A stretch of DNA of 64,000 nucleotides from Ophelia neglecta (lineage: Eukaryota), in contig OZ260661.1 of NCBI GenBank assembly GCA_965285935.1, positions 103,354,001 through 103,418,000 on the forward strand, given 5' to 3'. A program made the position numbers and the translations under genes. The notes under the pieces are model-generated. The model saw only the letters and a program-made list of their open reading frames with translations. It was not told where the DNA came from and did not search any database. Shown one piece after another: positions 52,790-64,000 of the stretch (position 1 is the stretch's first letter; each line of letters begins with the position of its first letter).

Positions 52790-54235
52790 ATGTCTTTCAT
52801 TGGCATCCAGTGCTGTGCATTTCTAGGGTGTCTCTTAATGATTCTAACGGCAGAACGACTGCCACTTTCAAGTGCCCATACACCAGCTCCCGTGGGCTGT
52901 TTGAGTACTTCAAAGAATGGGTCTGCGTCAGGAGATGCGATGTCGAGCAAAGCAAATATTACCTCGAAAAGGAGGTATTCCATGTCGAAATGCACAGAGA
53001 ACAATTCAGACATTGACTTTAAAACAAGAGAAGTTTTTCTCCATGAAGTGGATAATTATCATGTAAACTCTGACCGATCGCTTCAAAATGAATCGCTGGG
53101 GACTAACACGACAGGTAATCGCCAGTCAGGCTCAGTACCGCACATTTCGTGGCGACTTAAATTGAAAATTATCTGTGTTCCATTTTTCACTGTGGTTGGA
53201 CTTTTTGGAAACGGACTCTCTTTTATCGTCCTTTTTTCGCCTGTGTATCACAAGAAGTCATACACGTATTACCTTCGAGCTTTGGCCATCTTTGACACCT
53301 TTACATTAATTATCACTCTCATTCTGACGGTTAACGAGTTAATTTACCAGATGACAGGAACGGGCTTCATGGAAGGACATAATTGGATCTCGTGCAAAGT
53401 CACGGAATTCTTACGTCACGTGATATACCTGATGTCGTCGTGGCTGGTTGTTTTGTTTACGGTGGACCGTTATATTGCCGTCTGCCACCCTCTTCAACGC
53501 GCCAGAGTTTGCACTGCTAGTGGAGCCATCATAACAACCTTGGTATTATGTGGAATAGCAATGTTGAGCCAGGTTTACATTTTTAGTTTTATAGATCGAC
53601 TGGACCGGAATGGCGACCATCCCTGTCACGTTCCCATCTACTTCACCAGGAGCAATGAAACCGCGGAATGGGTGGAGAAAGACACCAGTCATCGACTGAG
53701 GTACTTCGCTCTCCAATATTTTTGGTTTAGTTTTATCCTTCGGTTCATGCTGCCTTTCGTCGTCATCGCCGTATGTAATGGTCTCATCATGTTCCACATC
53801 CGGCGTATGCGATACAACCAGAAATGTCCACACAACAACGTATGTATTCGTTCATGCTACAACCAAAATTCAAAGGAAGGGGAAAGGAAACGGAATGCCA
53901 ACATGGCTATCTACACATTGTTTCTCGTCTGCTCGGTCTTTGTGCTGACCCTCCTGCCGAACGCGATCATATCCATGATTCAATTTATTGGGTATTTTCT
54001 AAACAAAGAAAAATCGTACGATATGTACAAGAAGCTCCTGCTGATAAACACGCCTTTTCAAATGATACGCCTTGTCAATTACTCGATGAATTTTGTACTC
54101 TATGGTTTGACCGGAAGACAGTTCAGGAAAGAAGCCCGGAAGTTGCTCACGTGCCGCTTCAAAATGGGTAACTTGAATGGAAAAATGAGAGACTTTGTTT
54201 TGCAGCAGCGCCTTGTAGGTCATAGAAATGACTAA
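52790..54235 (+). CDS. Class A (rhodopsin-like) GPCR, FMRFamide/sex-peptide-receptor-like peptide receptor; single coding exon
   Basis: Seven hydrophobic segments with TM1 GLFGN, TM2 YLRALAIFD, TM3 C...SSWLVVLFTVDRYIAVCHPL, TM5 FMLPF and TM7 NYSMNFVLY followed by helix-8 GRQFR; N-terminal N-glycosylation sequons. The listed TTG start is not eukaryotic; the first ATG is 52790, with alternatives at 52940 and 52982. Confidence 0.92.
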   Translation: MSFIGIQCCAFLGCLLMILTAERLPLSSAHTPAPVGCLSTSKNGSASGDAMSSKANITSKRRYSMSKCTENNSDIDFKTREVFLHEVDNYHVNSDRSLQNESLGTNTTGNRQSGSVPHISWRLKLKIICVPFFTVVGLFGNGLSFIVLFSPVYHKKSYTYYLRALAIFDTFTLIITLILTVNELIYQMTGTGFMEGHNWISCKVTEFLRHVIYLMSSWLVVLFTVDRYIAVCHPLQRARVCTASGAIITTLVLCGIAMLSQVYIFSFIDRLDRNGDHPCHVPIYFTRSNETAEWVEKDTSHRLRYFALQYFWFSFILRFMLPFVVIAVCNGLIMFHIRRMRYNQKCPHNNVCIRSCYNQNSKEGERKRNANMAIYTLFLVCSVFVLTLLPNAIISMIQFIGYFLNKEKSYDMYKKLLLINTPFQMIRLVNYSMNFVLYGLTGRQFRKEARKLLTCRFKMGNLNGKMRDFVLQQRLVGHRND

Positions 54236-54841
54236 AATTCTAAATGGGTGAATGTTACATCAAAAATTACGTAAAAGGGAAAAACTTAAAAGGCCCGTGG
54301 ATGGGTAAAGGTTAGTTTGAGAAAAGCCCTAGTATTGAACCAGGAAACAATATAGGATGGTTGAACTTAACAGGCATCTATATAGAAGTCTGCCTGCTCT
54401 TTATGCACGAATTGTTTACGAGTATAATGAGAGATAAAATCATGCAAGAATGACATCTTTACGTGGACAATTGCTCGACGTCTAGCATTAACAATGCATT
54501 TATTGTCGTGAGTAGATAAGACCGTTATTAATAATTAAAGGACCATGCAGTTTCAACCAACATCCGCTAGAATTTTTTTTTAAAGGAGAAATCCGTATAA
54601 GTTCAACGATTTTTGCCCGCCCCTCGGCGGTATTGTTCGTCTGTTTATACCAAACTATCGCATGGTCAAAAGGTTATCTGGGAAAATGGAATTATGTTTG
54701 TGTTTCTCTAAATTACAAATTGCGCATTCCAAGGCGGAATTTTATAGCCACAACGGATACTTTTCTTTTCCTTGTGACGTAGTTGTTTACTGGAAATGGA
54801 AATAAAACTGTGCATCAATAAAGTTGCACGTCCTAACTTTC

Positions 54842-55085
54842 ACTAGGGTCAAATCTGACCACACTTTTTTCTAGGGTCAAATGCGACCCAACTGTAACCG
54901 GACAGGTAAGGGTTAAATCCGACCAAAACTTTCTCCCGACAATTAGAGGTCATCTCTATTCACAACTTTCACCGGACCAATTGGGGTTAACCCTGACTAT
55001 TACGTTCACCGGGCCAATATAGGGGTCAATTCTGACCACAACGTTCACTTCACATATATCGCCTAAGGGTCAACTCTGACCACAC
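54842..55085. repeat. Degenerate minisatellite, about 7 units of about 30-44 bp (core TAGGGTCAAWTCTGACCACA)
   Basis: Units begin tagggtcaaatctgacc, tagggtcaaatgcgacc, aagggttaaatccgacc, tagaggtcatctc, tggggttaaccctgact, aggggtcaattctgacc and aagggtcaactctgacc. Confidence 0.75.
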
Positions 55086-57410
55086 GTCAATCGGTTTTTA
55101 GAGAAAGCCCAGAATTTCTTCTATTTTGCATAACTTTGTCCACTGTGACAATTGGTTGTTTTCACATACAAAAACGTTGTAGACAGCCCTGTGCTCGTTA
55201 AGTTATTTCTTTGAAGTAGGGCCTGGTTGGGGTCAGAAAGGACGCGCGAAAATACAAGCAATACCAATACTAACAACATGTGACATTTATATGTGAATTC
55301 TGTTAATGGACATTCTAGCCACTTGCATAAAGTTGTAATCCATAATTTTATTCGTTACATGTACCCTGCCCCCCTCACCCCCCCCCCCCCCCCTCCATCC
55401 CATCTCCCCCCACCCTAACCCCCAGCTCCCCCCACCCCCCTACAAACATCTATTCTTTTTCCATATCGATTAGGTACATGATATATTTTATAACTTTCCA
55501 TATTGTATCGATCCATTAGTTGACTGACTAAGTTAAGAAGCAGTAGCGAGCGTTGGTCCGTTTAAGAGGACTTCTGATAACGGAGGACAGTGCCTTTTCA
55601 GTTGTCTAAATACTGCATGTCATATATATACGCATGTATAATTATTTATACACACACCATTTCAATGTATGGTTTTAACTTGTACTTTTTTCACTACATA
55701 CCTGCAGTATGACTGATCTTCATGGCCCGGGACTTAACGTCATGTCTCAGACAGACGATAGATAACCTGCTAGTGTATAAAATCAAATTGTGCCTGTTTT
55801 CATACACTGAGATCTTCTGCAGTTGCGATGATTGGTATGAAATTGCGTCAAATGATAAATAGTTGTTTTTCATATATATTTGCGCATATCTAATAATATT
55901 TGCCGCGCTTAGTATTGCTATGTGTTTGTTTCTTATTCATAAGTACGACACATCATCGTACAAAGTATTATGTAGTCCGTTCTTAAGTACATAATTTTAA
56001 TGACAGTTAGCTTCTTGTCCGTCCCAGCGCTATTTACTTTATTTCAAATGTCCCAATCGTTTATGAAACTGTTTTGATAAATTAAGGCAACATATGTAGC
56101 TTTTTAAATTAAATTTCATTTATTTTGATGAAGTTTAACCTCACGATTAAAATTCTTCAAAGTTCCCTGTTTTGTTACAGCTATGTATCAAAACATGTTG
56201 ACAATGTGACTGGGCAAAGATAAACATATCCGAACCGATACACATTTTATTTTTTGCACAATTATATTAGCCTATATGGGAATAGAGACACCCAAGTTTA
56301 ACTAGCGATGGCGAATATGTCTGGTCTATTGTATCTGCATGATAAATTGACAATTTTTCTGTTATATTGATGAATATTGTAGCTTTAAGCTAACACTTAT
56401 TTCATGATATCCCACGTTAGATAAATATGTAACTATACGGATTTTTAAGGAAAGATCGATTTTCATGTCGGTGTTTGTGGGGGGAGGGGGGAGGGGAGGG
56501 GGGTGGGCGTACTGAATCGGATATTTTGTACTGGTTTTCTCGAGTTTATGACTGAAGCACTGCCTAACATCGAAACATGCATATTGCTTATTTTTGTATA
56601 ACATTGAACATCGTTAACATATATATTTATAACCGGTTGTCAATATTTATTATAACATGTTTGTTTACTTTTAATACCACCAATGGTGTCCGCTGTGTCG
56701 GAGATCGTAGGGGATACGATATCGTTTTTATGCTGATCTAGATTCAAATAAATGCTAAAGTATTATGTCTGAAGTCTCTAAATGCAAGTTTGATAAGCAT
56801 GAAGGATAATTTATTTCAGAAAGCAGGTTGTCAGTAATAGAATCATTCTGTTAATTTCAATAGTTGAATGGCTAGTTCATTTTCAACATACAAGGGAATT
56901 TTACAAAACTCATTGTTATTCTCCCTGGTTTCTGGCATATTTATTAAAGTACTATTTTTTTCTTTGTGGTGCAATTGTTTACAATTGGATGTTCAGAAAT
57001 GATCTAAACAGTTTTATCGAAGTGCAAGCTGTAACACATAGATTATTGAGTAAATTTAATAGTGTTGGAATAAACACACGCGTAATGGTTTGCTTTTAAA
57101 CTTTTCAGAAACCTTGGATGATTTTGCTAAACTCCTGTTTTTAGCCATAGGAATAACGTTCAATGCTGTGAAATTATTAAAGTGTTTCGATTCATTCACA
57201 TTAACGTAGTCGGATGCATATTTGCAAATGCCTTTGATAATTGATAAACTATTAAATGCCTGAAACGTGTACAGAGACGTGATAAGAGTTTGCGCATGTG
57301 TTACCAATTAATTATTTAAATACAATGTTATAATATGCTAACGTGTATGTATTGTGTATCAAGCAAATAAAAGCTAATAGCAAAATGAGCGTTGTTGTCT
57401 GAAGGAAGTG

Positions 57411-57543
57411 GCAATTCTGTGAACGGGCAATGAACCATTCTCGCAGTATTCATATATTTACATTATCAAATCTTTTTCCATAACAAATATAATTGTTCTA
57501 AATATATCTTCCATAACTCGAACTTAACACTGTTATGAAGAAC
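57411..57543 (+). repeat. Dispersed repeat, copy 1 (copy 2 at 62723-62860)
   Basis: ggcaattctgtgaacgggcaatgaacc...tatttacattatcaaatc...taacaaatataattgt...actcgaacttaacactgttatgaagaac aligns along its length with 62723-62860. Confidence 0.85.
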
Positions 57544-58259
57544 TAAAATATTCTTTAAGCCTATTTATTTAACTAAATACTTTATGAACAGACTTATTAT
57601 TTGAGCTTCTTGAAAATATTCAAAAAGGATATAAATTCATTTTGAATTAATACTTTTGACATTTAAGATTATATATAGCGAATTTCATACTAAATAAATA
57701 CGCTCTACACTTTTTAACTCTAGACCAGTTGTTTTTAAATGTAAATAACACTCACTATTAGCAAAGAATGTGGCAATAATAATAATTTTATGTGAATGGA
57801 TACCTTCCATTGCTAGCGCACGGACATGTCTTCAATAAATATAAAACAGCATGTTTTAGACTATAGTACTGGGAGTGAAGGTAACTTAGAAATGGGAAAC
57901 AATAACTAATTTGCACTTTCAAAGATATAAGAACTGTGGTCTATATGGCGCTTTTTAATTCTTTACCAACACCAAAAGCACGTTCTTGACTGCGCAAACA
58001 TCAATCGATATACATTGTTTGTGGCTTTACCTAATTAAGTTGACACGTCCAGTTAAATTATCCATTATTTTCATTCTTTATAACTTGATTAAAATGTGCG
58101 ATTGACGAAAATCAAGTTGCTCTAGTAAAATAATTTCAACCTTACAACAATCTTTATGAATAAAATGCGCAATATTATGTAAAAAAAATCCATTGGAAAT
58201 TATATATGCTAATCTAAAGGTATTATTTTACCTAAATTACCCAATTGGAAACGTTCACT

Positions 58260-58927
58260 ACCCGTAGGCTAAATGCAGGTTTCGCGACAAATCATGAAAT
58301 ACTGTCAATATCTGCGAAAATCTATCCACGAATATCCGCCAGAGGTTCGTAGACTTACACTTTCATCGAAAACCCGGGAAGCATTTATTTATATTGAGCT
58401 TTTCTAATATTATGGTCTTTATCGCGGATATATGGTGATTTCCACATATATTTGTGGAAGTTCGCCATTTTATATCCACGAATGTATATTCTTTCGTGTT
58501 TCGCTGATATTCGCAGGAATTCGACCATTTATTGTCCATAAAATTGTCGAATTGTTATTCTTTATCGCTCGAGATATTAAGTGACTGTAGCCCTATGCGG
58601 TTTTGTTCGGATTTTAACAGAAATTGGCCGAATTTTGCGAATTTCCACGGAATCTCGCGGATTTTGGCACATTTATTTGTACAAAAGAGTTCATATTTTA
58701 ATAGGTAAAATATTTAATGTGAATGTGCATATTTACGCTAACACAAATGTTTGCCGCGGAGTATCTGCCAATTTCCGTGAAAATAAACTAGACCTAACAC
58801 AGACTTTTAATGTTCTGTTGATGATAGATGCCTGGTAAAATCCGCTATTTTCTAGAAAAATCGCAAACGTCCGCAATATAATTCATACTGAGCAATTTTA
58901 TGCCATTAATTTCCCGAATACGCTGGT
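58260..58927. repeat. Probable non-autonomous element built from short CG-containing subrepeats
   Basis: Recurring tccacgaat / tcgcgga / ttcgc / gaattt motifs in both orientations, with sharp CpG enrichment relative to the flanks; ends not firmly defined. Confidence 0.4.
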
Positions 58928-59772
58928 TTGTCATATAAATCACTTATTACCACATATTTTTATCATAACATCATGACTCTATTGTATGAAAAAATGCATG
59001 GTTTGTGTGATTTGTATTTGACAACACAACACTTGCCGTTTAAATCCCTCAGTAGCTCAGTAGACAATTATTTTTGGTGGCAATCACGTCACCTTTGTAC
59101 TTATTGGGATTTTATTAGAGTTCACATTTGTCCCTTACATCCCAAATTGGAGAGTTTATCAAAACAATTATACTATAGCCCACTTTATGGCTTAATCCCC
59201 ATCAATAAGCCAAATAGAAAAGGAAAAACCCCAGATCTTACACAAAACGTGTCTAATCAGATTTCTAGTCGGAGAACGTTAACAGAATGTGGCCATTGTG
59301 CTAAACGGTCCTTTTGTATTTCACAGTAAGTTGGGAAGTGAAAGTATCAATAACGTTACATAGGCCTATACTGGCTTTTATATGAATGACGTATCGTGTA
59401 AACATACAACAATACAAAGCATTCAATATGCGTCCTCATACTGCCGTTTTATTTATCGGGGCCAGATGTCTCTATGTAAACTAACAAACCAATGATCAAC
59501 ATAAATCCTATATTATTCCAAGAAACAAATCCACTCAGTTACAAGCATGTCATGTTTTCTTTCCATATAAAGGCACCCAATCGTTGGATTGTCAAAAACT
59601 TTGGGCTTTATAATAAACGTATAATGATCAATGTGTTTTCTGCCCGAGGCCGGTTTTTTGATATTTTTCCTCTTATGAACATATCCAGGCTGCCTGTACG
59701 TATGATGGTGGTCTGTCACTTCCTCCTTAAGACTGTTCTCCCTAGGTATCAGAATGCCTGGTCAGCGTGAAG

Positions 59773-59826
59773 TCAGATTCACATTCAGATTCACTTTCAC
59801 ATTTACATTCACATTCAGATTCACAT
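59773..59826. repeat. (CATTCA/GATTCA)n hexamer microsatellite
   Basis: tcagattcacattcagattcactttcacatttacattcacattcagattcaca. Confidence 0.8.
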
Positions 59827-62657
59827 GCATATAAAAAACACCATCCGGTTTAATTATTTTCGACTGTAACATGTTCAAAACATAAATTAAAATTAATTCC
59901 TTGTGGTTGATTTTTCCTCAAAACTGAGTCCAACTTCATAGATTCACAATCGGTCTTCTCTGATTAATAATCAATCTATGAGCTGCTCGTGTCCATTTCC
60001 ATTCAAGCTCTTGGTTTCGATGTTTTTTTTTATGTAATAGATATATGTTAGATCGCTGAACTCTCATATATAGACACTTAGCTAATGATGGTATAACCTC
60101 GATCTTTTTAACTCTAATGATTTCTCTAAAGAATCATGCAGGCTTGTCTGTTAGGTATATGCTGCTCTTTACTCTATTAGTGGACTTTTTTCCTAGCCTG
60201 CTTCAGTTGAAAATGACAATTAGGACGAGCTCGGAATAGTTTATTGGTTTATAATTTTTTTTAACGCTATTGCGCATTAGATTGATTGTTATATACAGTA
60301 ACATATTGGGTACTTACAGGAGATTAATTTTCATAATAATCCTGTATGCATATATTGTATTGTTTGTTATTATGATTTTCAGTTTTACCTATGACTGATT
60401 TGCTTCTAGTGATGTACGTCTTGTTACCATATTCCTTGATGTAATGCTGAGCCCCTTACAACAGTAGCGATAACAGAATTTCCCAATGTAAAGATTTAAA
60501 AAAAATAAGATAAAATAAAAATATCATTTGAGCCAGACTGATGACTCCCTGTAAATATTTGTGCATAACAGTGTAGTTCAGTTTGTTATATAACAATAGA
60601 GAGCTGAAATGGAATAATAAAATAAGCAGAAACAATCTATTTAAGCTTATTTTCATATGCCTAGCTTCAAAATACATGGGTCATTCCACGCTATCGAAAA
60701 TTTAATAAGAACAGATCGTTTGATTTAATCAGTGCAAAGTTGTGCATATTAGCTGACTTTCTTCCTAGAATTGTTCAGAAATGCTCTCTGTAGTCATTTG
60801 AATCGTTTTATTTGTGGCTGGGTTTTCGAATACAAACACAACGTGCTAATTGGCTAAAGATATAAGAAAGTTGAAACGTCACGGTAGACATAATCAAAAT
60901 TATGAATATTTTATTGGCGTAAACTTTCATGTGGCTAGTTAAGCCGTAAGCGCACTTTAAAAATTCACTTTCATTATTTATTCAAGATTTAAGAAGGACT
61001 AAGCTTTAAAAAGTGCAGAGTGACTTGCGCTAGCAAGAAAAGGCCCGATTGCAGTTAAATTGGCGCAGTATGGACTTCCTCGGTACAGTTAGGCCGAACT
61101 TGGTTTCGATGTAGCAAGGTTTGCTCTTGTCTCGGTTGTCCGTTTGCAGGAATTCATCTAATGCTAGTTTGATATTAGGAAGAGACAACTTTTATAACTT
61201 ATGCATAATTATGTTTATAATTACCCTATTGCCTCTAATAACCATTTAATTTTGGACAGGCCAAATACATGCATAGGCAGGCTTCCATGTATCATAATTA
61301 GACACCCATTCACTCATTTTTTGTCACGTAATGTATCTAAAAGTATCCCATTTTTTAATCAGGTGCTACACGTAGAGACTATTCAGGCACTAATGTTTAG
61401 TGCATACGCAAAATATGTTAGTTGCATAGATATACCTGGTATTAACACTAATTATACTTTAATACATTAATATAACATATTACATTATTACCGGTAGTAT
61501 TAATACAGAGTTGTCGGGGCCGCAAGTATTGTTAAAAAACACAGGATAAGGCGGTTATAAGCCGGCTCTGTTGTTAACTGTCTGATCGCAATTATCAGAT
61601 CAAAGAACTAGCTCCTGTGCAATCTTACCCTGATTTAGATTGATTCGGTATGCAAAGGTATTTCTGGGAAGGTAGCATGGAATTTTACAATACACAAGTA
61701 AGGGATCTGGCGTATTCAAAGTATCTAATATGATTGTACAGCAAGCAATATCTGGTATCAAATACTCTGGAGCACATGTGTGATCAATCATGGCATATTA
61801 ACCTCTGGCATGTTAGATATGTATATACCGTGAACCAGAACAAGCAAGTAAGTTAAAGTCGCAGACACTATTAGATTTACAATGGCCTGGAAAGTATACA
61901 TACAAGGAATAAGCAATTATGCATTTCGTCCTTGAAAAACAGGCTCTTCTAAGGCTTTCTTTGTATCTGGCACAAGGGAATGATTAGGCGTACCGCCTTG
62001 CAAGGCCGCATCATCAGCTATAAAAGACGAAAGAATGGCGTTACTTGGAAAAATCTATTCTTGTGTAATGTGTTTTAGAGGAATGAACAGTATGATAATC
62101 AAGTAAAAAAAAGAATTTAAGTTGTCTGTTATACGCAAGTCCGGCGAATAAAAGCAGATATTAGATGCAACTGTGTAACTTTTTATACTAAAAATGTAGA
62201 TAAGACCAATGTCTATTAGGCCTAAATGGGATTGGGAGACTTTAGTAAGTATACAGGTGTCTTGTTTCCATGGTAATCCTATACATTTAATATGAAATAA
62301 CAATAAACGGCTCGGGTACAAAAAAAAAACACAAAGTAGCATAGTTTGAATCAAAATATTGTTATGGACCTACTTGCACGCAATGGACCTACTTGGAATA
62401 ATGACATATGTTTATAATACAGTTAGGCTTCAATTCCTTATTTGTTGGCTTCGACGAAATGAGCATATATATCTGCAAAACACATCTCAAGCAAGCAAAG
62501 TGTTTCTAGAAACCACTTTTGTAGATTTTTACCGTCTTCTTGACTTTTAGTCTACATGTTTACACATGCATTGCAAAAATTTACAAAGTGGTTTCTAACG
62601 GGTAAGAAAGCCTAACACTGCAGAACTACAAAATTGGTTCCTATAGGAACAACAATA

Positions 62658-62700
62658 CAGTGAAACACGTGTAATCTGGTCACTGGACTGGAAAAAACTA
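62658..62700 (+). mobile_element. Truncated left end of the Tc1/mariner-type MITE family seen at 24428
   Basis: ta-cagtgaaacacgtgtaatctggtcactggactggaaaaaact aligns with ta-cagtaaaacctgtctaatcaggtcaagggactggaaaaaaact. Confidence 0.7.
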
Positions 62701-62722
62701 GGCGGTGATGTCTGACGAAATC

Positions 62723-62860
62723 GGCAATTCTGCGATCAGGCAATGACCCTATTCTGACAGTATATATATATATTTACATTACCAAATCCTTGTCCATAAC
62801 AAATATAATTGTCCTGAATATATTTTCCCAATACTCGAATTTAATGCTGCTATGAAGAAC
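62723..62860 (+). repeat. Dispersed repeat, copy 2 (copy 1 at 57411-57543)
   Basis: Direct alignment with copy 1. It is interrupted at 62861 by cagatccgccactg, the reverse complement of the cagtggcggat terminus seen at 13835. Confidence 0.85.
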
Positions 62861-62920
62861 CAGATCCGCCACTGTGAAGGTGAATAAAACATACAGCGCA
62901 TACTCTGTCACATTTGAGTC

Positions 62921-63170
62921 TTATTAACACATGTACAAGAAGAGCAATACTGTGTTACCTGGCAGTTTAATTATTAACACCTGTACCTAAAGAGGGAAAT
63001 TAACACTTGTACATATCGAGCACTACTGTGAGACCTGGGAGTCAAATTAACCTGGGACTAATATATATTAGTATATTAGTCCCAGAATTAACACCTGTAT
63101 ATAAAGAGCACTACTGTGTCACCTGTAGGTTTAAAGGGTTAAATTAACACCTGCACAAAAGAAGCACTAC
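62921..63170. repeat. Degenerate minisatellite (ATTAACACCTGTAC..AAGAGCACTACTGTG..ACCTG) containing a 34-bp foldback insertion
   Basis: About five units starting attaacac; palindromic insert at 63052-63085. Confidence 0.75.
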
Positions 63171-64000
63171 AGGGACTCTGTTAAAAAAAATACTACTTTT
63201 TATTCTATGTGAATGTTCTTCCCTTGGCTTTATGCGGTAGGGATAAGGAGGAAAAGTAAGATTTATCAAAACAAACAAGATGAGGCACTGATTGGTTTAA
63301 AATTGGTCGTCACCAAAACGAGTTGATCGGCCGCGTATAGGGTTATACTTTATGGCCGCGATCACTGAGCGTTGCACCAACCAAACGATGTGAATGTCCA
63401 TAGCGGTGGGAGAGAGAAGGTGAACACAATCTTATAAACCATAAGCACTAACCTCGCGGACTCATTTCGCAAAACTAAAATTTCAAAGTGCATTTTTCAG
63501 AGTGTCGCCTTACAATGGTTCTCCATTATACAAAAAAAATGTCCGCATGTAACGCGCAGCGGTGCTTTGGTTTCTGTCTAACAACCGTCACGGTGTGTCT
63601 TAAAATGGTCAGAATCTTTATAGAGGGCGCTTCAAAAACGACATACATTACATGTATATTTAGTACAGGAAGGGGTTCCTATATGCCCCCTAAGACTTCA
63701 ATAATAAGAGTTCATTTTTATTTGCACCCTGTTCGATGCGTTTATAGGGCATATAATTATATCATTCCGCATGCAGCGGTGATAGACGTGTGGCCATGAT
63801 ACACCCTTTTATAACTGAAAGTATCACTGCAGATAGCACAGACAGTGTTTGAAAGGTTTCTCTTTATCTACATGCCTTGTGTGCCAGTCAAATAGTCATG
63901 CTTTTTTTTACTTCGACTAACACCCTGCTCATTGTAAATGATAAGGTATTTTTTTCTATTTCGTTTCGAGTTTCAGTTTCAGTGGAAAATGAGCATGGTA

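Noticed and set aside
54842-55085. CRISPR-like array
   Set aside because: Repeats are degenerate, the intervening parts resemble each other, there are no cas genes and the DNA is eukaryotic; it is a minisatellite.
55500-64000. Short ORFs in the last 8.5 kb
   Set aside because: AT-rich, low-complexity translations with no recognisable motifs or consistent splice structure.

Overview
Eukaryotic, AT-rich (roughly 36% GC by eye), intron-containing DNA from an invertebrate animal, most likely a marine lophotrochozoan or ambulacrarian (inference from gene content and repeats). It is not prokaryotic: no operons, rRNA, intact tRNA or CRISPR array were seen, and most entries in the ORF track are spurious. 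Five protein-coding genes can be reconstructed by hand. (1-2) Two tandem BRI3 (brain protein I3)-like paralogs on + at 13208-14349 and 18922-22403. (3) An uncharacterised 546-aa basic, Ser-rich protein encoded by one exon on + at 27127-28767. (4) A three-exon, 196-aa globin on - at 36156-29255, with an MGC acylation motif and the ancestral B12.2/G7.0 introns; its first and third exons are missing from the ORF track. (5) An intronless class A peptide-type GPCR on + at about 52790-54235. The rest is intron or intergenic DNA holding a decayed DIRS/Ngaro-type tyrosine-recombinase retrotransposon, several LINE RT fossils, MITEs, minisatellites and poly-G/C tracts. The most notable observations are the predicted membrane-anchored globin with unusual heme-pocket loops, an 88-bp upstream copy of part of the 546-aa CDS that has diverged mostly synonymously and has splice-like ends, and strong enrichment of the palindrome TAGGCCTA.
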